Positions 51,556 through 63,502 of a stretch of 64,000 nt of DNA are shown in pieces; position 1 is the stretch's first letter, and each line of letters begins with the position of its first letter. The stretch covers positions 2,852,001-2,916,000 of the forward strand of contig CM059433.1 in assembly GCA_030390025.1 (NCBI GenBank), in the 5' to 3' direction. The notes beneath the pieces are model-generated. The model was not told the DNA's origin and searched no databases. It saw nothing but the letters and a program-made list of their open reading frames with translations. Source of the stretch: Squalus acanthias. Lineage: Eukaryota. The position numbers were made by a program, and so were the translations under genes.

Positions 51556-52166
51556 ATGATACCTCCACCCATCTTCCTCGGGAGGAGTGATGAGGGCTCT
51601 GGGAAAGTTACTTTCTACCACAGATAATTAACAGGGATATTCAGATACAGGAAAATTTGTCCAGCTCCACTACAGGTGAGCTGGCATTGTATCAAAGTCC
51701 TGTCCCCCAATTCCACATTCACATGTGAATTGCAACTAAATGTTTTACCTGTTTGACCTCTTAGTAGGAAAAACATCCCTTCTTTAACGCTGCATTCTTT
51801 GCTGAGCAAATATTCTCTGCATTAGAAATCTGAAACGAGAAGTCGCACAACACCAGGTTATAGTCCAACAGATTTATTTAAAATTACAAGCTTTCGAAGC
51901 TATCCTGCCCCTTCTTCAGGTAGAGTTACTGTGAGAGAATCTACCAGAATTCACAGAATATAAACACAGAGAAAATGCAGAGATTCAATCTTTCCCTACA
52001 TCAAAGACACACTAAGAGCACAGCCAAGACAATGAGATGTGTCCCAGGGGTTCCAACGTGTCAAAACACCTGCTGGCTGCATATCCTTTCCATTTGGGTT
52101 TGTTTCTTGTGTTTGTTTCTTGTGTTTGCTTTTTAAAAAGCTGGAAAGACAGGCAACGATGTCAAG

Positions 52167-54835
52167 TCACGTTCTGTAGCGTGACATGAACCCGATATCC
52201 CGATTGAGGCCGTCCTCATGAGTGCGGAACTTGGCTATCAGTTTCTGCTCGATGATTTTGCGTTGTCGTGTATCCCGAAGGCCGCCTTGGAGAACGCTAA
52301 CCCGCAGATCCGAGGCTGAATGCCCTTGACTGCTGAAGTGTTCCCCGACTGGGAGGCAACCATCCTGCCTGGCGATTGTTGCGCGGTGTCCGTTCATACG
52401 TTGTCTCAGTGTCTGCATGGTCTCGCCGATGTACCATGCTCTGGGGCATCCTTTACTGCAACGTATCAGGTAGACAACGTTGGCCGAGTCACATGAGTAT
52501 GTACCATGTACCTGGTGGGTAGTGTCCTCACGTGTGATGACGGTATCTGTGTCCATGATCTGGCATGTCTTGCAGAGGTTGCCGTGGCAGGGTTGTGTGG
52601 TGTCGTGGTCGCTGTTCTCCTGACAGCTGGGTAATTTGCTGTGAACGATGGTACTTTTGAGGTTAGGCGGCTGCTTGAAGGCGAGTAGTGGAGGCGTGGG
52701 GATGGCCTTAGCAAGGTGTTCATCGTCATCGATGACATGTTGAAGGCTGCGAAGAACATGGCGTAGTTTCTCCGCTCCGGGGAAGTACTGGACGACGTAG
52801 GGTACTCTGTTGGTTGTGTCCCGTGTTCGTCTTCTGAGGAGGTCTATGCGGTTTTTCGCTGTGGTCCGTCGGAACTGTCGATCGACGAGTCGAGTGTCAT
52901 ATCCCGTTCTTACGACGGCGTCTTTCAGTGTCCGTAGGTGTCCATCGCGTTCCTCCTCGTCTGAGCAGATCCTGTGTATTCGCAGGGCTTGTCCATAGGG
53001 GATGGCTTCTTTAACGTGGCTACGGGTGGAAGCTGGAGAAGTGGAGCATCATGAGGTTGTCCGTGGGCTTGCGGTAGAGTGAAGTGCTGAGGCGTCCGTC
53101 TTTGATGGAGATTCGTGTGTCCAAGAATGAAACCGATTCTGAGGAGTAGTCCATGGTGAGTTTGATGGTGGGATGGAACCTGTTGGTGCTATCGTGTAGT
53201 CCTTTCAGTGATCCTTCGCCGTGGGTCCAAAGGAAGAAGATGTCGTCGATGTATCTGGTGTACAGCGTTGGTTGGAGGTCCTGTGCAGCGAAGAAGTCTT
53301 GCTCGAACTTGTGCATGAAGATGTTGGCGCATTGGGGTGCGAATTTGGTCCCCATGGCTGTTCCGTGTGTTTGGGTAAAAAACTGGTTGTCGAAGGTGAA
53401 GACATTGTGGTCAAGGATGAAGCGGATGAGTTGTAGGATGGCGTCTGGAGATTGGCTGTTGTTGGTGTTGAGTACTGAGGCTGTCGCAGCGATGCCGTCA
53501 TCATGGGGATATTGGTGTAGAGTGCCGATACGTCCATCGTGGCGAGGAGTGTTCCTGGTTCAACTGGTCCATGGGTGCTGAGTTTCTGCAAGAAGTCTGT
53601 AGTGTCGCGACAGAAGCTGGGGGTTCCCTGTACAATGGGTTTCAGGATGCCCTCGACGTACCCAGAGAGGTTCTCACACAGGGTTCCGTTGCCTGATACG
53701 ATAGGACGTCCGGGTGTGTTGGCTTTGTGTATCTTTGGGAGGCAGTAAAAGTCTCCCATGCGGGGAGTACGTGGATGAGAGCGCGTAGGATGTTTTGAAG
53801 GTCTGGATTGAAGGTCTTGATCAGTCTATTGAGTTGGCGGGTGTGTTCTTTGGTCGGATCTGCGGGTGGCTGTCTGTAGTGTTCCTGGTTGTCCAGTTGT
53901 CGGTATGCTTCTTTGCAATAGTCCATTCTGTTCTGTATGACGATGGCTCCTCCTTTGTCCGCTGGTTTGATGACGATGTTGCGGTTGGTCTTGAGAGCGT
54001 GGATGGCGTTGCGTTGTGCTCGGGTGACATTCTGGACTGTCTTGTGAGTGCGGCTGATGAATCTGGCGTTGATGCATTTCCTGACAGCTTGAGCATACAT
54101 GTCAAGCTTAGGGCAGCGACCCTCCGGAGGGGTCCAATTTGACTCTTTCTTCCTCGGTTGTAGCACTGCGGTTCCCTCTGTCTGCTGTTCCGGATCATTG
54201 ATTGTCTCATTGGGTTTGTTGCTGACATCTTGGGATTTGTGGTAGTATTCCCGGATCCTCATTCTCCTGATGAATTCCTCTGTGTCTGCCGCGAGACCCA
54301 TTTTGGTGGTGGGGCAGAACTTGAGCCCTAGGGCGAGAACTTCGATTTCGTCTGGTTGAAGGGTGTGGTCCGACAGGTTGACAATGGACTTCCCTGTGGT
54401 TGCAACCGTGGTATCGGGGGAGGCTTGGTTGCAGCTGGTGGTGACGCCGAGTTTCTCAAGCTTCCTGTTCTTGATGCGCATGTAGGAAGCGTAGTTCCGT
54501 TGCCTCGTCTGTTTGGCGGTGTCTCATAGCTGGTCTGCTGTGTCCTGAGCACAGGCTGAGAGCATGGAGTCTATCTTGGTTTCGCGGTTGCGACGTCTGC
54601 TGTAGAGCTGGTGTACGAGATGGTTGAAGAGTGTGCGAGAGGTACAACGGCAAAGTCTCTCAGCGTAGTCTGCGTTGTATGTCAACTTGAGTGGGTTCGT
54701 GATCTGTAGTCCTTTCGGAATCTTGTCTGCTTTCTTGCATCTCTGCAGATACTTGATGTCTGTGTCAATATGCGCGATCTTCTTGGCGATTCTCTCCACT
54801 TTAAGCCGGCAGTTTGCGGTGTCAATAGTGGTCAT
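52167..54835 (-). pseudogene. Penelope polyprotein (RT + GIY-YIG endonuclease) with one in-frame stop and a few frameshifts
   Basis: IKPADKGG, YCLPKIHK..GRPIVS, DVSALYTNIP, MGTKFAP, RYIDD, LYRKPT, VYLIRCSKGC..WYIGET..RMNGH. Confidence 0.95.
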
Positions 54836-55325
54836 GATGCGGAGATGCCGGCGTTCAGACTGGGGTGGACAAAAACGAGAAGTCGCACAACACCAGGTTA
54901 TAGTCCAACAGATTTATTTAAAATTACAAGCTTTCGGAGCTATCCTGCCCCTTCTTCAGGTAGAGTTACTGTGAAAGAATCTACCAGAATTCACAGAATA
55001 TAAACACAGAGGAAATGCAGAGATTCAATTTTTCCCTACATCAAAGACACACTAAGAGCACAGCCAAGACAATGAGATGTGTCCCAGGGGGTCCAACGTG
55101 TCAAAACACCTGCTGGCTGCATATCCTCTCCATTTGGGTTTGTTTCTTGTGTTTGTTTCTTGTGTTTGTTTTTTTTAAAAGCTGGAAAGACAGGCAACGA
55201 TGTCAAGTCACGTTCTTGACATCGTTGTGCTCTTAGTGTGTCTTTGATGTAGGGAAAGATTGAATCTCTGCATTTTCTCTGTGTTTATATTCTGTGAATT
55301 CTGGTAGATTCTCTCACAGTAACTC

Positions 55326-55363
55326 TACCTGAAGAAGGGGCAGGATAGCTCCGAAAGCTTGTA
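55326..55363 (+). ncRNA. Minimal type-I hammerhead ribozyme motif (best-preserved copy; also 54925-54962 and 51885-51922 on minus)
   Basis: UAC-CUGAAGA-A-GGGGC-AGGAUA-GCUCC-GAAA-GCU-U-GUA: core, stem II, palindromic AGCU stem III and stem I UAC/GUA. Confidence 0.75.
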
Positions 55364-55699
55364 ATTATAAATAAATCTGTTGGACTATAACCTGGTGTTG
55401 TGCGACTTCTCGTTTTTGTCCACCCCAGTCCAACACCGGCATCTCCACATCATTAGAAATCTGAAGCTGTGAACCATTGTCAGGATTGTGTTAGTGCATG
55501 TATGTTTGGGCCATTGTTACACATGAGTCATTCGAGGCAGTTTAACTCAAACTGCTCATTTTTGGCCCCATTTTCTCTCCCTTCCATTTAGTTTAGGTCA
55601 CCTATGGCCACTGACAAGACTGCTTATAACTTTGGCAGAGAAGAACATATGAGCAGCCAGCATCGTGGAGAGCAGGATCTGCAACAAGCTACCTCCAGC

Positions 55700-56350
55700 T
55701 GCCTTGTCTCAATTCTGTCAACCAGAGTTGTTTCTATATTGATTTGTCAGCTGATGTCCTTGTTCTGTCATCATTGCTGGAACCCGTCATCTGCGCACTC
55801 TGCTTAAGCCCATTATCTTCCTCAAGCAGAACATTTTGAAACTGCAAATCTTTCACTATCTCTCACCTTTCATGTGTACAGCTCACTGCCATAAAGGATG
55901 AGAGTTACAACGGGATGTTGATAAATCCTTGACTTCATTTGCACCAATATCGCTTTTGGTTTCCAGTTGGCACAATTCAAATTCTCTGCTTTATGTCTCC
56001 CCAAACATCTTCCAAGCTCTGTAATGAGTCTGTCCAAGTAGACAAACAAATCTAACCGTTTCAGCTGGTAATCCATCATAACCTTAACTGTGCCTGCTCT
56101 ATCTTTAGTGATGGACATTATCTCTGTTTTTTCGACATTGATGCAAAATCTAAAACTGTTTGCCAGCAGTACCTGTCATGACAATCTGCAGGTCACCATC
56201 ATCATCTACAATCAGTGCTATATTTTCTGCAAATCGAAGACTGTGAGTCATTTTGCTTTGTGACAGTGCGACCAAAACTGACGTCACTCACTACCAGCTC
56301 AAGCATCGCGTTGAACAAATAATAACAACCTTTTCTCATCTCGGTGTTTG
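55700..56350 (-). mobile_element. Highly decayed RTE-clade LINE RT fragment
   Basis: LRFAENIALI (LRFADD), FVYLDRLIT and LILYGSELYT remnants. Confidence 0.65.
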
Positions 56351-56712
56351 TTTTAAAACAGCCTGTGTGGCTGCTAAGTGAGATGCTGCTCCCTCTCTGA
56401 TAAGGCAGACAGGTCTTTCTGAGAAGGCAACAAGGCTAATCCATGGGTCAGGCAAAAGGTGATAAAACGGATTGCAGAGCAAGACAAAGACCTAAGGTCG
56501 AGAGAGCTATCCACAGGTGAGAATGCAACCAGATAAATAAGATATATAAGAAGGCTTTGCAAAGAGCAGAAGTAAAAGTGATCAGAAGATAAATGCAATG
56601 TAGCAGGAACAGCAATTTATCAGAGACAATTAATAATCCATTTATAATTTAATTGAGAATTTTTTAAGTATTCACTTTGACCACAAGTCTCTCACGAGGG
56701 TTCTTATCTCAT

Positions 56713-59296
56713 AGGTCCTGAAATTCCAAGCAGTGATTTGCACCCGATTCGTGTCAGTGACTTTTGAATGGCATCTGCCAATACTCTGATAATTTACTTG
56801 GTCAGCTCATTGAAATGTATAAAATCCTGACAGGGCTAGACAGACTGGATGCAGGGAGGATGTTTCCCCTGACTGGGGGGGTCTAGATCGAGGGGTCACG
56901 GTCTCAGGATACGGGGTAGGACATTTAGGACTGAGATGAGGAGAAATTTCTTCACTCAGAGGGTGATGAACCTGTGGAATTCTCTACCACAGAAGGCTGT
57001 GGAGGCCAAGTCACTGAATATATTTAAGAAGGAGATAGATTTTTCTAGACACAAAAGGCGTCAAGGGGTATGGGGAAAGAGCGGGAATATGGTATTGAGA
57101 TAGAGGATCAGCCATGATCATATTGAATGGCAGAGCAGGCTCGATGGGCCGAATGGCCTACTCCTGCTCCTATTTTTCTATGTTTCTATGTTTCTAAATA
57201 TCCATTGGCAGTTCTCCAGTGAAAATCCTGTGTAAAGCTGAAGTACTGTGCTGGGATGCTTGGAAATGAGAGTGAACCTTTAAAAAGCCAGGTCCGATTG
57301 AAGATTGCAGTACCAAGCTAGGGGAGCAGCAGGTAAGTAGGATTTGCTCCACTCACTGGGTTCACTGTCTGGCACTGTTAGCTGCCCTGGATAGCTCATG
57401 TGTAATTTTCTCCCATTATTCAAGAAACTATTCCACTGGAAGAACTGGTGGAGACGGCTGGAGAGGGACAAGGGCATTGCACAGAGGAACAAGAGAAGGT
57501 TGCTTGACTTCAATGCGAGCGAGCTCCAAACCCTCCTGGAGGAGATGCAGCAAAAGAGAGAGAGAGGGAGACTGCTGGGTCTCCATAGGAGGAAGCCACA
57601 CAGAAGTGTGTCTTGCACCATGTAGAGGGAGGTGAGACTGGCACTGAGTGCAAACTCTATCACTCCCAGAACTGCGGATCAACACCACAAGAAATGCAAT
57701 GACCTGAAGAGGGGAGGCAAGGTAACCAACCAGCCACTCTCCTTTTTCATTCTTGGACACCCACACATTCTTCACCCTCTAAAATTAACAGTTGCAAAAG
57801 TAACCCTTTACACTGCGCTATGGTTAAGGAGGGGGCTAGCTCATCACTTTAAGTGCGGCCATTTCCTCCAACAGCAATTACTTTCATGCAAAATCTTAAA
57901 ACTCCTTCCTCCACTTTAACAGGGTGATATCAGCAGATCTCTTACATCAGCTGTCTCCTGCTATCTGGAAGATAGTCCTCAATTGCTAGCCTTCACCTAA
58001 TTCATGTTGCAGGAGAAACTTATGTAGAGTGGCTGTGAGAGCCAAGGGCTGGAAGGTACATCCCTGGCATTAAGGAGCTCAACCTCTATGAGGAACGGGC
58101 CACGGAGCTGCCAGGGAGGTCCTCTGCTCTATGGAAGATGGCAAGGTTGGTTGCGTTGTACCGTCCCCAGGTTATTGGGTGTAGACCTACAAAGATGCTG
58201 TGGCATCCCTGAGAAGCAGCCACAGCCACAAGCTTCCACACACTATCTTTAATCCCTAGGGGATTATGCTCACCCATTCTTAGCTTGTATCCTCCTTGAG
58301 GATGAAGAAGAGGAAGAAGATAATGATGATGAGGAGAAAGAGCAGCTGAAGGAAGAGCAGGAGAGAAGAGAAATTGTCCTAGTGATTATGAGGATGACAA
58401 TGATGATTGAGGGAGAGGATATGAAGGTCAACCCACCTATGAGTTCCTGGACTTAGATCATGCCTGGTGTTCCTCTGTCATTTGTTATTTGCTTTCTCAA
58501 TCCCATACACCAATTCTGGGAAGAATTAGGTAATGTCAGTGAGTTGTGGCACCAATTAACTCACAGAGCACAAGGGAGCCAGAGGAGTGGGGTGTGGCAA
58601 GGACGTGTCATTTTCTCATTGGAGGCTGAGGAGAAGGCTGTCCATGGCTTTGAAGCTGTAAGACCCAAAATTCATGGGTACTCACCTGAAAAGAAAGATG
58701 GTCAAGGAACACCACATCTACGTATAAGTTCTGAAGCTAGTCTACGTGGAGATGCAACAACTGAGAGGTGTGACTCTCTACAACCATCATTTTCAGCAAT
58801 ATCAGGGAAGACTTGCAGCGAGGGCTTCCTGCCACTTGCCGGGTAGAGCACCGCCCTCCGTCTCTCCACAGCGAACACCAACGCCTCCAATGCTTGGTCG
58901 CAGAATCTGCGGGCTCTGTCCCTGGGGCGTGGATCTGCCATCAGTACAGATGCTTGAGTCGTCCAGCTCCTTCTCCTTGAGCTGCTGCTGCTGGCTGAGA
59001 TGGCTGCACAGCCAGCAATGCTGAGATTGAGGTTCTGCAGCATCAAAGAACCGTTCCTTTACGAACTGGAAAAAGCCTGTGGCAATGATGACTTGCAATG
59101 AAACTGCACCTGATATTGGATCACCCTTTGAGTGTGACACCAATGAGCTTGGGCTTTAAGGCTTGAATGCCCCAATCATTTCTTCGAGCATTGAGACTTA
59201 ATTTTGTGTGCAGTCTAAAGCATTAACGCCTGGTGCTAATTCTCCAGCTTTTCTAATTTTACCACCCATTCCTGGGCTATAATGAATTTCTAGCCC
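56713..59296. mobile_element. Harbinger-derived composite with two convergent Myb remnants; nested CR1 3' end 56806-57195 (+)
   Basis: Termini GGTCCTGAAATTC / GAATTTCTAGCCC; + strand FNASELQTLLEEM..KKCNDLKRGGK|GT (57490-57722); - strand RARRFCDQALEALVFAVERRRAVLYP (58830-58945). Confidence 0.65.
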
Positions 59297-59328
59297 AAAA
59301 TATTTATAAGACATAAAAATTCAGTTAC

Positions 59329-61034
59329 AAAAAGAAAATACTGCAGATGCTGGAAATCTGAAATAAAAACAGAAAATGCTGGAGATACTCAGGAGGTCAG
59401 GCATCATCTGTGAAGAGAGAAACAGAGTTAACGTTTCAGGTTGATGAGCTTTCGTCAGAACTGGAAAAAAGCAGGAAATGGAACAGATTTTTAAGCAAGT
59501 GTAGGGGCTGGGACAGGGAGGAGGGGATGAAAGAACAAAAGGGAAGGTCTGTGATATGATAGAAGGCAGGAGAGGTTAAGAGACATTGGGGGAGAAATTC
59601 AGTATCGCCCCATTTGGGGCACAATTATCGGCCGGGTGCAAAGATTAGCGCCTGGCGCTAATTATCGCCACCGACTGCAAACTTGACTTTTATCGCCCCT
59701 GGAGGTGATTGGAGCGCTAAATCAGGCGCTTCACAACTGTCTTAAGGCGCAAAGGCCGAGGAGCGAGGCGCTACCCCAGAGTGCTGGCGAAGCTCATGTG
59801 ATGTCAGTCAGCAATGGAACACACACACAATGGCATGGGCCAGTTTTTAAAAGGGATGGTTGATGTTGCTTTCCATCCACATCCTGCTCATTGCAGCCTT
59901 GAATCTCGGCCTGGAGAGACCTGCACATCAAATCTGCTGGGAAGAACAATGGAGAGTACCAGGGAAAGAGCTCAGAGTGCAGCCCCCACAGTCTCTTCTA
60001 AATCGATAGAAGGAAGGGCAAATCAAAATGAACCTGCAAATTGCTGCTCAGTACCCAAAACTCCTTCACACAGCATTGAATCTCTCCAGAAGTCTCTCTC
60101 TCTCTCAGAATGCGTGGTTCAAAAATGGCACCAACAATAAAAGGCAGGAAGCGGTCGCCTTTAAATAGCATTCCCCCAGTCCCTTCATGACTGCAAAATG
60201 CTCCCCTCAACCTGTCGTTGCTAGCGTCAGGCGGTAAGGCAGGGGGCGCCACTCGACTGACGTCACGATCTGCCTGCGCAGGAGATTGTGGCGGTAGTGT
60301 TTAGTGCCGCCGCAAAATGTCTAGTTAATTTCACGAGCGGCGCAAACATCGCCGCGCCCGGGCGCTAGATGCTTTGCGCCCCATTAGCGCCCTCTTAAGG
60401 CGCTAACGGGAGGCGCAACCAACTGAATTTTTCCCCCATTAAGAGATATTCTAGGCAAAAGGAGATGGTAATGGGACAGATTAAGAAACAAAGGATGGCT
60501 CGAGATGAAGTGTGAATTGCGCTGGCAGAATGAAAGACAGTCCGTAAGGGGAACCCCGAGCTTCCAGTCGGCTGTCATTTTAATTCTCCGCTCCACTCCC
60601 AGTCTGACCTCTCCGTCCTCGGCCTCTTGCACTGTTCCAATGAAGCTCAGCGTAAGCTCGAGGAACAGCACCTCATCTTTCGATTAGGCACTTTACAGCC
60701 TTCTGGACTCAACATCGAGTTCAACAATTTCAGATCATAACCTCGGCCCCTATCATATATATATTTTTATCCACACCTTTTGTTTGTGTCTTTTCTTCTC
60801 TCCCACATGGCAGCTGTCTTTCATTCTGCCTGCATTCTATCCTATCACAGACCTTCCCTTTTGTTCTTTCATCCCCTCCCCCCTTTCCCAGCCCCTACAC
60901 TTGCTTAAAAATCTGTTCCATTTCCTGTTTTTTTCCAGTTCTGACGAAAGCTCATCGACCTGAAACGTTAACTCTGTTTCTCTCTTCACAGATGCTGCCT
61001 GACCTGCTGAGTATCTCCAGCATTTTCTGTTTTT
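59329..61034 (+). mobile_element. Penelope family 2 truncated insertion: inverted tail followed by 3' end, with two hammerhead motifs (59426-59462 -, 60937-60973 +)
   Basis: 60537-61034 matches 28436-29000; 59335-59560 is its reverse complement; candidate TSD ATAAAAATTC(A/G)GTT(A/G)C at 59313-59328 / 61035-61050. Confidence 0.85.
59588..60437. mobile_element. Harbinger-type MITE nested in the Penelope tail
   Basis: TIR GGGGGAGAAATTCAG / CTGAATTTTTCCCCC; 3-bp TSD ATT. Confidence 0.88.
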
Positions 61035-61714
61035 ATAAAAATTCGGTTGCTTTGTACCTCCCAACTAGCGCCCGGGCGCGGCGTCGCCAACGCCTCTCTC
61101 AAAATCAGTAGGAGGTTAGTGGCGGCGTTAACTGTTACTGCCCCATGATGTCATCGCCGTGAGCAACGCAGCGCTCACGCCCCGGCCACGATCTTCAGTA
61201 GCGCCCCCTGACTTACCGCCGGACACTATGTCCGACGGGGTTGGGGGGCTTACCTGCGGCTGGGTCGGCGCTAATTAAAGGCGAGGTGCTGGGCGGCCAT
61301 TTTTGTTGCTGGTCGCCTGCCAGCACCTGGCCCCGTTGCTGTCCCCGGCCTCCTGTGCAGCCCCCCCGCGGAGTGCCGGCTGCGCTCCGTGAGCCCGGCA
61401 CTTCTCTTGAGCGCCAGGCTCTTTTGCCGGCACTCCAATCCCTGGTGGCCCAGCTTGGCCCCGGATCGCGCTTCGCAAAGCCCCTCCCCTTTAAGAAGGG
61501 GAGGATGGCCTGCAGCACCGCGGCACATAGCACCGCGATATTCCCTCGCAGCGCCCCAAGAGAGAGGCGGGGTGCTTCCAGTAGCGTCCCGCTTCCCTCT
61601 TGGGATGCTACCGATGAATTTTGGTTGCGGGGGTGCTAATTTTTTCGGGGCGCTAAAAGTAGCGCCCCGGTGTAGTTAACGCCCTAAAAGGGGGCGCGAC
61701 CCAATTTTTCCCCC
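61035..61714. mobile_element. GC-rich MITE (inverse homolog of 25655-26316)
   Basis: Ends GGGGGCGCGACCCAATTTTTCCCCC; collinear similarity throughout. Confidence 0.8.
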
Positions 61715-62534
61715 TTAGGGTTTTATATCAACCTGTAACAAGACCATATCACTTGTCTTCAGGCACGTCTTAACAAGTGCAGAAACCGATAGCCATTTGA
61801 ACGCCATTTCACGGTTTACTGGGCAGACGCTCCGCTAAGTAAAATCTGGGCATGAAGCGGAGGCCTGTACAGCTCAGTGTAAACGGAGGAGCCTGTCAGA
61901 TCCCAATGACGTCAAATTTAATTCAGGCCTGCGTGGGGAAGCTTCCGTGGCTTTTGCACCAAGCTGAACCAGTGTGGAAGAGAATCAGCTCCAGAAGAGG
62001 CCAATAAAGATTGTTTGTTGCCTTTCCTTTGTGGGGCCAGGAAGGAAATCTTAGGCCTCCCCTTCCCCGGATTCCCCCTCTCCCCCTTCCAACCCCATTC
62101 TGAAGGCAAGACCCTCTTGAGACAGCTCACAACCGAATCTGCCACTTACCTCCTGCCACAAGGCTGCCTGCGGGCTATGACATTTTTGGTGGGAAGTAGA
62201 CCAGTGGCAACTTCTGGCGGTGTGGTCGTCAAACTAGCCTGGGTCTCAATTCTGCAGCAGTGGGTGAGATCCCAGCTTACCTTAACACCCGCCCACCCAA
62301 AACTCACCCAGAGTTAAAACTGGGGCCACCATTTCTACTCCACTCACTATCTTACACGCCTCTTTTGTTGAATGTCTGTGGCACGGGTTTGGATTTTATA
62401 ATTACGCAGCGATACGCAAAAATGTCTCAGATTCCATTTTCTCGGAATGAATAATATAAATGCTAATTGTAACTGTGAATATTTTCGCCCAGGCTGATGC
62501 AAGTAGTCTATGGTACTATGTAAAGTTGTACGTC

Positions 62535-62690
62535 CCCGAGGGGAAGCTGGATAAACACATTGGGGAGAAAGGAATAGAAGGATGTGTGGATGGGGTGAGA
62601 TGCAGGAGGGTGGGAGGAAGGCTCGTGTGGAGAATAAACACCGGCACGGACCAGTTGGGCCAAATGGTCAGTTTCTGTGCTGTAAAAACT
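62535..62690 (+). mobile_element. CR1 3'UTR fragment
   Basis: Reverse homolog of 8960-9080. Confidence 0.65.
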
Positions 62691-62934
62691 AGGTAATTAA
62701 AATGTGATATGAGAAAACATTATCAGGAGTATTTGTCAACAAAATACTGGTATTTGATGTGACCTGAAGCTGTATACTGTATATACTGTAGTCAGCATAA
62801 TGGACAATGTTTTGCCTGGGACCAACTCTGCATTCGTTACTCTGGAGTCACATGTTCCCTGCAGGTTGTGCAGGTAGAGATGACACATTGCTACCTATTG
62901 GAGATACATTACAATGCTGTGAGCTGCTTTGCCC

Positions 62935-63502
62935 CAGGTGAGACCACATCTTGAGTATTGTGTGCAGTTTTGGTCGCCTTATCTGAGGAAGGATGTCTTT
63001 GCCATGGAGGGAGTGCAGCGAAGATTCACCAGGCTGATACCCGGGATGGCAGGAAAGGCGTATGAGGAGAGATTGGGTCGATTGGGCTTATACTCACTGG
63101 AGTTTAGAAGAATGAGAGGGGATCTCATTGAAACTTATAAAATTCTAACAGGACTAGACAGACTAGATGCAGGAAGGATGTTCCCGATGGCCGGGGAGTC
63201 CAGAACCAGGGGTCACAGTCTAAGGATAAGGGGTAAGCCATTTAGGACTGAGATGAGGAGGAATTTCTTCACCCAGAGAGTGGTGAACCTGTGGAATTAT
63301 CTACCACAGAAGGCAGTAGAGGCCAATTCATTAAATATATTCAAGAAGGAGTTAGATATATTTCTTAAAACTAAAGGGATCAAGGGATATGGGGAGAAAG
63401 CAGGGACAGGAATTTGGATGATCAGCCATGATCTCATTGAATGGCGGAGCAGGCTCCAGGGGCTGAATGGCCTACTCCTGCTCCTATCTTCTATGTTTCT
63501 AT
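62935..63502 (+). mobile_element. CR1 3' end
   Basis: [33 protein letters not shown] tail; near-identical to 16700-17265 reverse complement. Confidence 0.95.

Larger units (their letters stand above)
51835..55450 (-). mobile_element. Penelope-like retroelement, near-complete: direct pLTRs (~51835-52175, ~54875-55216) plus inverted partial pLTR (~55216-55450)
   Basis: 15-bp TSD CATTAGAAATCTGAA (51820-51834 / 55451-55465); single RT + GIY-YIG ORF. Confidence 0.96.
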
